64,000 bases of DNA, from assembly GCA_963529615.1 (NCBI GenBank), contig CAUSAC010000005.1:735-64734 (forward strand), in the 5' to 3' direction. Below, one piece after another: positions 8,815-18,533 of the stretch; within the stretch, counting starts at the first letter, position 1, and each line of letters starts with the position of its first letter. Made by a program: the position numbers and the translations under genes. The notes beneath the pieces are model-generated. The model was not told the origin of the DNA. It did not search any database and saw only the letters and a program-made list of their open reading frames with translations. This DNA is from an uncultured Campylobacter sp. Its GTDB lineage: Bacteria; Campylobacterota; Campylobacteria; Campylobacterales; Campylobacteraceae.

Positions 8815-9489
8815 ATTTTAAGTATTTTGGAATTTTAAAATTCCAAAAACGGGTTTTGCGGCGTCAAATATAGAAGCTCCAGCCTGCTTTAAAATTTAAA
8901 ATCGCGCCGAAATCTATTTATACGCAATGAAATTCGCCCCCAAGATATCCGATACGGTAAATCAAACATATCGTCTTGCCAAAACCTCGAAATTTTAAAC
9001 CCGAATTCTAAATTTTAAAATTTCAAACGCCTCGAAATTTTAAAATTTTAGAAATTTAAAACTTTTTTAGAATTTTGAAATTCTTAAAATTTAAAGGCGG
9101 AGTCTGCTTGCAAGCTCGCCCGTAATCGCATAAATTTAAAATTTCAAATGCCACGCAGTGTCCTAGCCGTACGCTAAATTTAAGTATCACGCGCTGATTG
9201 ACTTGCGTTTTGCCGCACCGGCGCACCGCAACGGCGCTACGAAAACAAGTAGCCAAAGGCGCCGAGTGTGCTTTGAAATTTTAAAATTTCAAAACTAAAA
9301 TTACACCCTCTCGCACAGCTTTGCGCGCCGTCCGCGCGGCCTCGCGATCAAACTCCCCTTTAAAATTTTATGACGCCTTCCGCCCTCGACCGATCCGCTA
9401 AATACAAAAGCAAGATTGAAAAGCGCCGATCGCGCAATGCTCACAATCAAGATCACTGATCGCACGATACTTACGACCGATCGCCGCGC
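8786..9489. repeat. RAATTY-word-rich spacer between the Lol permease gene and secA
   Basis: Dense AAATTTTAAAATTT, GGAATTTTAAAATTCC and GAATTC words alternate with GC-rich words. The only long ORF translates to low-complexity sequence. Confidence 0.8.
9275..9290. repeat. Perfect 16-bp palindrome GAAATTTTAAAATTTC (type copy)
   Basis: It is its own reverse complement. Near-identical copies or one-off variants start at 8829, 9009, 9034, 18867, 23573, 23709, 23919, 38960 and 44011. Confidence 0.9.
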
Positions 9490-12108
9490 CTACCTCGCAA
9501 AGCCGCCTTTTTTCGGACCGCCCTTGCCGTGGCAGTCTTTGTATTTTTTGCCGCTGCCGCAAGGGCAAGGATCGTTTCGCTTAGGCTTTTTGTCGCCAAA
9601 CTCTTCTGCGCCCTTTAGCTGTGCTTCATTCGTGCTTGCGGCGGCGAGCTCTTTGGCGTTTGAGCTCTCCATGCGCTCCTGCATCGCGCGCTGTTCGGCT
9701 TCGATCTCCTCCCTAGATTTAAACTGGATCGAATGCAGCAAGCGGATGCTGTCGGATTTGAGGCGCATCACAAGCTCCATAAAAAGATTGTAGCTCTCCT
9801 TTTTATACTCCGTAAGCGGGTCTTTGTGGTTATAGCCGCGAAGTCCGATGCCCGCCTTTAGGATATCCATCTGATACAGATGCTCCCGCCAGTCGCGATC
9901 GACGATCTGCAGATAAAGCATCTTTTCGATACTTTTGCGCTGCTGCGGATCGATCGGCGCCATCTTGTTTTCATACGAAACGGCAAGCGCGCCGATGATC
10001 TTTTCTTTCAGCTCTTTGAAATCATCGACCTTCTCAAGCTCGCTGTTTTCGAGCACCTCGCCCGTTTCTTGAGCGATTTTGGCGACGATCGGGAATTTAT
10101 CGACCTCTTTGATATTTGCGCCGTCGAAAATTTCAAGCTCCTCAAGCACGCTAGAGATGTACTCCTCGCGGTTTTGAATGATTTTATCTTTCAGATCGTA
10201 GTCGGGGTCTAAAAGCTCGTTGCGATATTTATAGATCGTCTTGCGCTGCTCGTTTGCGACGTCGTCGTATTCTAGGATATTTTTACGCGCTTCAAAGTGC
10301 AAGCTCTCGACCTTTTTCTGCGCGTTCTCTACTGCGCGCGAAACCATGCCTGATTCGATATGTTCGCCGTCTTTCAAACCCAAGCGATCCATGATATTTT
10401 TAATCTTGTCGCTGCCAAAAATTCTAAGCAGATTATCCTCCAAGCTTAAGAAAAATCTACTCTCGCCCGGATCACCTTGGCGCCCGCTTCGTCCGCGGAG
10501 CTGATTATCGATACGGCGACTTTCGTGGCGCTCGGTACCTAAAATATACAGCCCACCCAAAGCGCGCACTTCGTCGTCTATGCGGATATCCACGCCGCGT
10601 CCCGCCATATTCGTAGCGATCGTAACTGCGCCCTTTACGCCTGCGTCTTTGATGATCTGCGCTTCACGCTCGTGATTTTTGGCGTTTAGCACGGAGTGCG
10701 CGATGTTTTCTTTAACCAAAAGCTCGTGCAGCTTCTCGCTCTTTTCAATCGATGCCGTACCCACTAGCACGGGCTGACCTTTGGAATTTAGCCGCTTGAT
10801 CTCATTTATGACGGCGTCAAATTTCTCGCGCTCGGTTTTGTAGATAAGATCGTTTTGATCCTTTCTGATGACCGGCACATTCGTAGGGATAGAGACCACT
10901 TCGAGTTTGTAAATTTGAGAAAATTCCGTTGCTTCCGTCTGTGCCGTACCCGTCATACCGGCGAGTTTTTCGTAAAGACGGAAGTAGTTTTGAAAGGTAA
11001 TGTCGGCAAGAGTTTGACTCTCCTCTTGGATCTGCACGCCCTCTTTAGCTTCAAGAGCCTGATGGAGCCCTTCGCTAAATCTGCGTCCCTCACTAAGACG
11101 ACCCGTAAATTCATCCACGATTATGACCTGCCCGTCGCGCACGACGTAGTGCACGTCCTTTTCAAATAGATAATTCGCCTTAAGTGCTTGATCAAGATAG
11201 TGGCTAAGCACGGCATTTTCGAGACTATAGAGATTATCGACGCCAAAAAGCTTCTCGGCTTTTGAAATTCCTGCCTCCGTAATCAAAACGGCGCGGTTCT
11301 TCTCATCTACGGTAAAATCACCCGTCGCCTTGCCTTTCGGATCGGCTGGCGCCTCGCCGCGGATCATTTGGCGAGCTACTTCGTTTGCCTTGATGTAGCC
11401 GTCTAGAGTGCGATTCGTAGGACCTGAGATGATTAGCGGCGTCCTGGCTTCGTCGATTAAGATGCTATCAACTTCATCGACGATTACGAAATTATGCCCA
11501 CGCTGCACCTTTTCATCCGCGCTAAATTTCATATTATCACGCAGGTAGTCAAAGCCAAACTCGTTGTTTGTGCCATAAGTGATGTCGCACGCGTATGCAG
11601 CCTTGCGCTTGGCGTCATCGTATTCGCCGCCTACGATCACACCGGTACTAAGCCCTAAAAATTCATATAGCTCGCCCATTTGCGCAGCATCGCGCTTGGC
11701 CAGGTAGTCGTTTACGGTCACGACATGCACGCCCTTGCCTTCCATCGCATTTAGCACTACCGCCAAGGTCGCTACGAGGGTCTTTCCTTCGCCCGTTTTC
11801 ATCTCGGCAATCGCGCCGTCGTTTAGCACCAAACCGCCTATTAGTTGAACGTCGAAGTGGCGCATATTTAGCACTCTTTTGCCCGCCTCTCGCACGATAG
11901 CAAACACTTCATTAAGCACGTCATCCGTGCTCTTTTCGCCCGCGCGAACTTGCGCTCTTAACGCTTCAAATTCCGCCTTAAGCGCCGCATCGTCCATCGA
12001 CGCGTAGTTTTCTTCAAGCGCACTGATCTGTGCTGCGCGCTTGGCGTATTGTTTGACGATCCTATCGTTTTTAGTACCGAAAATCCCGTGGATGACCTTT
12101 TTAAACAT
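9490..12108 (-). CDS. secA: Preprotein translocase ATPase SecA
   Basis: Starts [16 protein letters not shown]. It has the Walker A-type motif MKTGEGKT, a DEAD-like [19 protein letters not shown], and the C-terminal zinc motif [15 protein letters not shown] moved the start to the ATG at 12108. Confidence 0.97.
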   Translation of the reverse strand: MFKKVIHGIFGTKNDRIVKQYAKRAAQISALEENYASMDDAALKAEFEALRAQVRAGEKSTDDVLNEVFAIVREAGKRVLNMRHFDVQLIGGLVLNDGAIAEMKTGEGKTLVATLAVVLNAMEGKGVHVVTVNDYLAKRDAAQMGELYEFLGLSTGVIVGGEYDDAKRKAAYACDITYGTNNEFGFDYLRDNMKFSADEKVQRGHNFVIVDEVDSILIDEARTPLIISGPTNRTLDGYIKANEVARQMIRGEAPADPKGKATGDFTVDEKNRAVLITEAGISKAEKLFGVDNLYSLENAVLSHYLDQALKANYLFEKDVHYVVRDGQVIIVDEFTGRLSEGRRFSEGLHQALEAKEGVQIQEESQTLADITFQNYFRLYEKLAGMTGTAQTEATEFSQIYKLEVVSIPTNVPVIRKDQNDLIYKTEREKFDAVINEIKRLNSKGQPVLVGTASIEKSEKLHELLVKENIAHSVLNAKNHEREAQIIKDAGVKGAVTIATNMAGRGVDIRIDDEVRALGGLYILGTERHESRRIDNQLRGRSGRQGDPGESRFFLSLEDNLLRIFGSDKIKNIMDRLGLKDGEHIESGMVSRAVENAQKKVESLHFEARKNILEYDDVANEQRKTIYKYRNELLDPDYDLKDKIIQNREEYISSVLEELEIFDGANIKEVDKFPIVAKIAQETGEVLENSELEKVDDFKELKEKIIGALAVSYENKMAPIDPQQRKSIEKMLYLQIVDRDWREHLYQMDILKAGIGLRGYNHKDPLTEYKKESYNLFMELVMRLKSDSIRLLHSIQFKSREEIEAEQRAMQERMESSNAKELAAASTNEAQLKGAEEFGDKKPKRNDPCPCGSGKKYKDCHGKGGPKKGGFAR

Positions 12109-12228
12109 CTCAAACCTTAGTTTTAAAATTTTAACCGCGCATATTAACATATTTTTAGTTTCTATTTAATTAAATCCTAGAAAAACGGCTATAATACGCA
12201 CAAATTTTCAAAAATAAAGGCAAAATTT

Positions 12229-12741
12229 ATGAAAAAAACTCTTATTTCTTTAGCGGCAAGCTGCGTTTTTGCGTTTGCGGGCGGAATAGAATTTAACACG
12301 CTGAGCGCAAATTTTTCGCAAACCGTGCAGAGCGACGATGCAAAAATCAGCTACGGCGGCGATTTTAGCGCCACAAAAGAGCACGCCGTGTGGCATTACA
12401 AGACCCCTACGATAAAAAATATATTTTTTAGCTTCACAAAGGTCGTAGTAATCGAGCCGGAACTCGAGCAAGCTATCATCACAAATATCAAAGAAACCCC
12501 GAATTTAACAGCGATCCTAGCGAACGCAAAACCCAATAAAAAGGGCATTTATGAGGCGAGCTTCGACGACGTGAAATATCTCATCGAGATGAAGGGCGAT
12601 CTACCAAGCAAGATCAGCTACACCGACAAAATGGACAATAAGGTCGTCATAAATCTAAGCAACGTCCGTAAAAACGCGCCGGTAAACGAGGCGATCTTCA
12701 AACCCGCAATCCCCAAAAACTACGACATCATCACGCAGTAG
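12229..12741 (+). CDS. lolA: Periplasmic lipoprotein carrier LolA-like protein
   Basis: 170 aa with a signal peptide. It is divergent from secA, as in C. jejuni, and has a LolA-like N-terminal block (FNTLSANFSQTV). Confidence 0.7.
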   Translation: MKKTLISLAASCVFAFAGGIEFNTLSANFSQTVQSDDAKISYGGDFSATKEHAVWHYKTPTIKNIFFSFTKVVVIEPELEQAIITNIKETPNLTAILANAKPNKKGIYEASFDDVKYLIEMKGDLPSKISYTDKMDNKVVINLSNVRKNAPVNEAIFKPAIPKNYDIITQ

Positions 12742-12747
12742 GCGCGC

Positions 12748-13311
12748 GTGAGGCTACTTTTCGTCTGTCACGGCAACATCTGCCGCTCGCCGATGGCGCA
12801 GTCCGTGATGCAAAATTTTATTAATCAAAGCGAGCTTAAAGTACGCGTGAGCGTAGATTCTGCGGCGACACACACCGACGAGATCGGCTCGCCGCCCTAC
12901 TACGAAACGCAGCGCGTGCTAAAAGAGCAAAAGGTGCCGCTCGTAGCGCATCGCGCCGTGCAGGTCACGCCCGCAGACTACGAGCGCTACGATCTGATAC
13001 TTTGCATGGATGATGAAAATATGCGCTCGCTGGGGCGAATTTTTCGCGGTAAGGATATGGCTAAGGTAAAATTTCTTTTAGAATTTGCAGGGGAAAATTT
13101 TACAGACTGCGATGCGCGAAATTTTAAACAAGGCTCAGCAAAACAAACCGGCTTAAATTTAAAAGGCGCCGGTTCAAATTTAACCCATCCCGAACACCTA
13201 CAAATCGCAGATCCATACTACACGCGCGATTTTGAGCGCTGCTACGCAGATATCAAGCGCGGCTGCGAGGGACTCTTGCGATACATTAAAAATTCAGACG
13301 GAATTTGCTAA
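12748..13311 (+). CDS. Low-molecular-weight protein-tyrosine phosphatase with an in-frame insert
   Basis: GTG start. It has the CX5R(S) P-loop LFVCHGNICRSP and a DPYY acid loop. An extra segment of about 38 aa sits between them. Confidence 0.85.
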   Translation: MRLLFVCHGNICRSPMAQSVMQNFINQSELKVRVSVDSAATHTDEIGSPPYYETQRVLKEQKVPLVAHRAVQVTPADYERYDLILCMDDENMRSLGRIFRGKDMAKVKFLLEFAGENFTDCDARNFKQGSAKQTGLNLKGAGSNLTHPEHLQIADPYYTRDFERCYADIKRGCEGLLRYIKNSDGIC

Positions 13312-13376
13312 AATCCGCGATTAAATTTTAGCGTCTTTAAAAAGGCGAGGCTTAAAGTGATGATTCAAGGAAAAAT

Positions 13377-13829
13377 ATGTTTAAGCTTTTGATCGTTCCA
13401 TATCTGATAATTGAGGCATTTACGACCTATTATTTCGTAAGCGCAAACGGCTTCGCGGCGTATGCGGTGGAAATCGTCATAAGCGCGATTTTAGGCGGAT
13501 ACGTCGTAGCAAACCGCTCGTGGATGGGCTTTTTCAATCTAATGAAAATCTCGCCGAAAGAAATTTTAAGCGGCGTGGGCTTCGTCGTAGGCGGCGTTTT
13601 TCTCATTGCACCGGGCATTTTCGGCGATATTTTGGGCGTTTGCATAATCACTGCGTCGTTTTACTGCGTCACCAGCGACGTGCCTAAATTTAACGCTAGC
13701 AGCGAAAATTCCGAAAAAAGAGAGCGAAAATTTTGGCGACGCAGCCGCACAAGCGACGACGTAATCGACGTTGAGGTGATCGAAGAGAACGAAATCGAGA
13801 TTCGAAAAAGCATAGGAGAGAAAAAATGA
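13377..13829 (+). CDS. fxsA: FxsA-family membrane protein
   Basis: 150 aa with TM helices and the FxsA-like motif [12 protein letters not shown], plus a charged C-terminal tail. Confidence 0.7.
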   Translation: MFKLLIVPYLIIEAFTTYYFVSANGFAAYAVEIVISAILGGYVVANRSWMGFFNLMKISPKEILSGVGFVVGGVFLIAPGIFGDILGVCIITASFYCVTSDVPKFNASSENSEKRERKFWRRSRTSDDVIDVEVIEENEIEIRKSIGEKK

Positions 13830-14755
13830 AAAATTTGATCATAGCTACGCGCGGCAGCGTGCTTGCGCTGTGGCAGAGCAAACATATCGCATCGCTGCTT
13901 GAAGCTAGCGGCATCCAAACGCAGCTAAAAAGCATGAAAACCAAAGGTGATAAAATTTTAGATACGCCGCTTGCAAAGATCGGTGGCAAGGGACTTTTTA
14001 CGAAGGAGCTTGAGGAGAGCATGCTTCGCGGCGAAACTCACATCGCCGTGCATAGCCTAAAAGACGTGCCCGTGGAGTTTCCGCAGGGGCTCGTGCTAGC
14101 GGCGATATGCGCGCGCGAGGACGCGCGCGATGCGATGATCAGCGAAAAATACTCTAAATTCGGCGAGCTACCCCGCGGCGCAAAAGTCGGCACCACGAGC
14201 CTTCGCCGCAAAATGCAGCTGCTTAGCATGCGGCCTGATTTAGAGATAATCTCCTTGCGCGGCAACGTCCAAACTCGCTTGCGAAAGCTCAAAGACGGAG
14301 AATTCGACGCGATCATCTTGGCGATGGCGGGCATCAACCGATTAAATTTGCGCGCCGAGGTAAAGCATGTAGCGCCCTTTGAAATCTCGCAGATGATCCC
14401 CGCGATGGGGCAAGGAGCGCTCGGCATCGAGGCGGTGGACGAGCCGCAAATCCTGCGCGCGATAGAATTTCTAAAAGATGAACGCGCGATCATTGAAACG
14501 ACCGTGGAACGGGATTTCGTTAGGGTTTTGGAGGGCGGCTGCCAGGTGCCGATCGGCATCAACGCGCGCCTTGAGGGCGAAAATATCCACATCAGCGCGA
14601 TAGTGGGCCTGCCCGACGGCAGCGAGAGTATCCGTCAAAGCATCGTCGCGCAAAAATCTCAATACCAAAGCGTAGGCACGGAGCTAGCACGCGTTTTTAT
14701 CGAAAAGGGCGCAAAGCAGCTTCTTGCGCGCGCCGAAGCGATGGCGAGCCTATAA
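13826..14755 (+). CDS. hemC: Hydroxymethylbilane synthase (porphobilinogen deaminase)
   Basis: 309 aa with [23 protein letters not shown] and HSLKDVP. It has an ATGA overlap with fxsA. Confidence 0.95.
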   Translation: MKNLIIATRGSVLALWQSKHIASLLEASGIQTQLKSMKTKGDKILDTPLAKIGGKGLFTKELEESMLRGETHIAVHSLKDVPVEFPQGLVLAAICAREDARDAMISEKYSKFGELPRGAKVGTTSLRRKMQLLSMRPDLEIISLRGNVQTRLRKLKDGEFDAIILAMAGINRLNLRAEVKHVAPFEISQMIPAMGQGALGIEAVDEPQILRAIEFLKDERAIIETTVERDFVRVLEGGCQVPIGINARLEGENIHISAIVGLPDGSESIRQSIVAQKSQYQSVGTELARVFIEKGAKQLLARAEAMASL

Positions 14756-14849
14756 AAACGAAATTTACGGAGTTTTAAAATTTGCAAAATTTTGAAATTT
14801 CTAGAATTTATGGACTTTTTAAATTTATAAAATTTCCAAAGGTTAAATT

Positions 14850-15491
14850 TTGAGCTTATTTAGATTTTTTAAAACGGCGGGATTTTCAAAAATTTTTGCC
14901 TCGCTCATACTTTGTGCAAGCTGTGCGCTAAGTCTAAACGCGAGCTCTAACGAAGAGCTCGTCCGCTCGCTGTTTAGCGACGCGAACTTCGATAAAAATC
15001 TTCATTTTAAAGGCGAGATGAGAAGCTATTTGAAGCGTAAATTCTACGCGGCGGATAATTATAGCGAAATCACGGTTGCTCCGCTTGGACGAAGCGACGA
15101 ATTTAGCGAGATTTTTCACGTATTTTTGGGCTCCAAAGAGAAGCACTTCGATCTTTACGTCTATACTAAAGAGGACGGGATCTACGCCGTGCGGGTTTTG
15201 GCGCAAACCGCCATTATTGAGGCTATCGTAAGCGAATATGAAAAATTTAACGAGGCGCAAAAACGCGAATTTGAGCAAAGAACCGATGCAGATATCGTAA
15301 ATTTAAAGCTAATCTTAGCGCCCGATAAAGAACTTATGGAGTTCGGTAAGCAAAATCTAGCGGTATTTGAAAAAATTTACGAGCTTTACGCTAGCGACGA
15401 GTCCGAGCGCGCAAAGGCGGAGATCAAAAGCCTGCATCTCTCTCACGCCGAGACGGAGGGCAAAAAATTTATGCTGCTTATCGGCGGGTAA
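14850..15491 (+). CDS. Hypothetical secreted protein
   Basis: 213 aa with a TTG start and a signal-peptide-like N-terminus (ILCASCALSLNA). I recognise no family. Confidence 0.45.
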   Translation: MSLFRFFKTAGFSKIFASLILCASCALSLNASSNEELVRSLFSDANFDKNLHFKGEMRSYLKRKFYAADNYSEITVAPLGRSDEFSEIFHVFLGSKEKHFDLYVYTKEDGIYAVRVLAQTAIIEAIVSEYEKFNEAQKREFEQRTDADIVNLKLILAPDKELMEFGKQNLAVFEKIYELYASDESERAKAEIKSLHLSHAETEGKKFMLLIGG

Positions 15492-16021
15492 CTCCGTGGG
15501 CTTTTTGCGGGTGCAAGATGAAGCAGACCTGCCGCAAATGAGTCCTAGCGAGTTTATAATGATAGAAAAATTGCGCCGAATTGGTATCTTTTTAAAACCA
15601 CATAAAAAGCCGCGCCGCAAGCGGGTTTGAAGCTTCGCGGCGATCTAAATTTAAAAGCGATACCCGCAGCTTAACTGCACCGCCGATCAAAAATCGCGCG
15701 AATTTTAAATTTAAACAGACGATCTGTAAATTCTGCACGCCGTAAATTTTTAAAGAATTTTAAAAATTTTTTGAAGTCCAAATTTAAACAAAGTGGTTAC
15801 AAAGCGCACCGCGATAAATTTAAACATGGCGGCGAAAGAGGCTTAAACATAGCGCTCACAAGCAATACGCTTAAAAACGACACCCGACCCGGGCTAAACT
15901 GCGCAAAGTCCACTCCCGTCGCGTCCAAAACCGCCCGCGAATAAAAATAGAGGCTGTAAAATAGCTCATCGTCGTAAAAGTACTCCTCCCAGCGCTCCTC
16001 GTCATTCTCATCGCTCTGCGG

Positions 16022-16861
16022 TCACAGATATTTTTCCGCAAGCATATCCGAAAAGTTCGCCAGCGGCGCTGCGTGCGAGATCTTATCGGCATCATCGCAA
16101 ATCTCAATCATAAACGCAAAAAATCCGCCGAGCCGAGCCGCGATAAAGCCCGCCGCTTCGTTTTCGCCGTTTTCGTTTTTTCCGTTTATCTCCGCAACGG
16201 CGTTTTGATTATTTTTATTCGCGTTTTTGCCCGCCACAGCGCGAGCCTGCATAAAGATGCGCGCCAAAAACAGCAGCGCAAAAGGGATTGCGTGCCAAAG
16301 CGTACTTTGATGCTCTATCTCGTTAAAAATCTTACTAAGAGCGTCCTGAAGGGCTTTGGTATCAAATTTCTCCCGCTCGCTCGCATCCGAGCTCTTATTC
16401 GCCGCGCTCGTTTTAAATTTACTAGCCTGGCTCGCTTTAAATTTTATCGCCGCGCTATCCGCACTCTTAAATTCCGCCTTGCCGCACTTCGCCGCGTCTG
16501 TTTTAAGCTCCGTCTCTCCGCCCGCTTTAAATTTCGCAGCCTCGTTATCCGCCTTTTGAAATTTGGACTCGCTCGTTTGCGCTAAATTTACGGAATTTTG
16601 CGCCGCGCCGCATCTTGCTGCATCCGTAGAATTTTGCCCGCAACCGAGCTCGCTTTTTAAATTTTGCCCTGCTCCGGGCTTGCTTTTTAAATTTTGCTCG
16701 CCGCCCAAGCCGCGCGCCTCATCACAAGCTTCGATTGCCCGCGCGAGTTTCTCAAAAATTTCAGCAAACTCGCTCGCCCTGCCGTAAGCGGTCGTGAGCC
16801 TACTCCACGGCACGTCCTGCACTTTTAAATTTGCGATATATTTCAAATTTTGCTCATTCAT
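16022..16861 (-). CDS. Hypothetical HEAT-like protein with a large low-complexity insert; possibly truncated by an in-frame TGA
   Basis: The N-terminus VPWSRLTTAYGRASEF and the later block IEHQSTLWHAIPFALLFL resemble an uncharacterised family with a W-x-x-L-x-x-AYG N-terminal motif. The middle 120 aa is KFK/NLK-rich. Confidence 0.5.
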   Translation of the reverse strand: MNEQNLKYIANLKVQDVPWSRLTTAYGRASEFAEIFEKLARAIEACDEARGLGGEQNLKSKPGAGQNLKSELGCGQNSTDAARCGAAQNSVNLAQTSESKFQKADNEAAKFKAGGETELKTDAAKCGKAEFKSADSAAIKFKASQASKFKTSAANKSSDASEREKFDTKALQDALSKIFNEIEHQSTLWHAIPFALLFLARIFMQARAVAGKNANKNNQNAVAEINGKNENGENEAAGFIAARLGGFFAFMIEICDDADKISHAAPLANFSDMLAEKYL

Positions 16862-16977
16862 CCGCGCTCCTTGCGAATATTTTTAAATTTAAGCCTCGCG
16901 AGCCGCTAAAATCTGCGCTCTCGGTTCAAATTTAGCCTCTTTCGCACGCAAATTTAAACCGAGCCCGGGCGCAAATT

Positions 16978-17334
16978 CTACCTCGTAAGCTCCCTACTCT
17001 GCTCGATTAGATCCTCAATCTGTTCGCGCGGCACCGCATCAAGGCAGACGCTGATCCAGTGCTTTTTATTCATATGATAGGCTGCAAAAATTCCCTTTTC
17101 ATCGCGCAAAATCGCCGCCAAATCAGGCGAAACTTTTAAATTTATCACATCGCTTGAGCCAGGAAGCGCGCGACCGAGTTTTTCATTAGCAAGCCCGCGC
17201 ATCAGAAGCGCAAACCACTTGCGCTTCCCTCCTGCGTGACGAAAAACCGCGAAATTGGGATATTCATCCCACAGATACTCGCCATCCGCGCCGTAGCGCT
17301 GCTTCATTAGTTTTAGGACGCTGCTGAAGTTCAT
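16978..17334 (-). CDS. MmcQ/YjbR-family DNA-binding protein
   Basis: Starts MNFSSVLKLMKQRYG at the ATG at 17334, 3 nt after the rarA stop. It has a YjbR-like core: YPNFAVFRHAGGKRKWFALLM...YHMNKKHWISV. Confidence 0.8.
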   Translation of the reverse strand: MNFSSVLKLMKQRYGADGEYLWDEYPNFAVFRHAGGKRKWFALLMRGLANEKLGRALPGSSDVINLKVSPDLAAILRDEKGIFAAYHMNKKHWISVCLDAVPREQIEDLIEQSRELTR

Positions 17335-17336
17335 TC

Positions 17337-18533
17337 TCACTCCTTGATATCGATCTTTTCTTTGCGCAATCGCGCCAGCCACTCATCCAGCGTCTTTTCA
17401 AAGCCAATCCCCTTGCTTTCGTAAAATTTCGCCGCCTCGCTCATATAGGCTTGCTCGACCCAGCCACCGAAGTCGTGCGGGTATTTGTAGTCTGCGATCT
17501 GCTTGTCCGAGTTGATGAGATAGCGCGGCGTAGGTAGCGGTGCAGCGGAGCGGACGAACTTTAAAGCGGCGTTGATGCCCAAATACGCGGCGTTTGATTT
17601 GGGGCTGTGCGCCAGATAGATCGCGCATTGCCCTAAGATAATGCGAGCTTCGGGGTAGCCGATCTTGCTGACGGCAGTTAGCGTACTAACCGCGATATTT
17701 AGGGCGTTTGGATTGGCATTGCCGATATCCTCGCTAGCTAGGATCACCATCCTGCGCGCGATAAAATCCGCGCTCTCGCCCGCATCTATCAGCCTCGCGA
17801 CGTAATACAGCGCGGCGTCGGCGTCGCTGCCGCGTAGGCTTTTTATCATCGCGCTGGCAAGCTCATAATGCAGATCATCGCTGCTAACGCCTGCAGCCAC
17901 GGCATTTGCGCGCAGCGTGCGAAGCGTATCCAGCGTAATGGCGCTGTCTGCCAAAAGCGCAAATTCCAGCAGATTTAGCATACTCCTTGCATCGCCGCTG
18001 CTGGAGTTTAGCAGGTATTTTCGTGCCTCTTCGTCCATCTCAAAACCGATCTCGCCCTGCACCCGCGCCAAAAGCGCCTCCAAATCCTCGTAGCTAAGCG
18101 GTTCGAACTCAAAGATCATCGAGCGCGAGCGGATGCCGCTACTTAGCACGAACTGCGGATTTTCCGTCGTCGCGCCGATGATAATCGCGGCGTAGTTCTC
18201 CATCGGGATTAGCAGCACCTCCTGCTGCGTCTTGCTGAGGCGGTGGATCTCATCGATGAAAATGAGCGGCTTGATGAGCGAGCCTGCATGCGAGGATAGA
18301 ATTTTGCGGATATCCTCGACCTTCAGGCTCGTGGCGTCAAGCTCGTAAAAATCGTAGTTCAGCTCGCTTGCGATCACGCGCGCCATCGTCGTTTTGCCGC
18401 TGCCTGCGGCGCCGAAAAATATACTGTGCGGGATGCTGCCTGCGGCGACGAATTTTTTAAAAACCGCTACGATCTTGCCCTGCCCCACGATCTGCTCTAA
18501 GCTTTTGGGGCGAAATTTCAAGCTCAAACTCAT
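17337..18533 (-). CDS. rarA: Replication-associated recombination protein A (AAA+ ATPase)
   Basis: 398 aa with FRPKSLEQIVGQ, Walker A GAAGSGKTT, Walker B IFIDEIHR, and the MgsA C-terminal domain (ALYYVARLIDAGE). Confidence 0.93.
   Translation of the reverse strand: MSLSLKFRPKSLEQIVGQGKIVAVFKKFVAAGSIPHSIFFGAAGSGKTTMARVIASELNYDFYELDATSLKVEDIRKILSSHAGSLIKPLIFIDEIHRLSKTQQEVLLIPMENYAAIIIGATTENPQFVLSSGIRSRSMIFEFEPLSYEDLEALLARVQGEIGFEMDEEARKYLLNSSSGDARSMLNLLEFALLADSAITLDTLRTLRANAVAAGVSSDDLHYELASAMIKSLRGSDADAALYYVARLIDAGESADFIARRMVILASEDIGNANPNALNIAVSTLTAVSKIGYPEARIILGQCAIYLAHSPKSNAAYLGINAALKFVRSAAPLPTPRYLINSDKQIADYKYPHDFGGWVEQAYMSEAAKFYESKGIGFEKTLDEWLARLRKEKIDIKE

Noticed and set aside
9056-9256. 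ORFs inside spacers (9056-9256, 23681-23998, 9416-9793, 7002-7208, 7551-7766)
   Set aside because: Their translations are low-complexity readings of the AAATTT words (KILK, NFKI) or overlap real gene ends. None has an RBS or a recognisable domain.
16022-16024. In-frame TGA as a selenocysteine codon
   Set aside because: I could not fold a convincing SECIS-like stem-loop from the 40 nt downstream of the TGA. The protein family is not a known selenoprotein. A nonsense mutation or a sequencing error is more likely.
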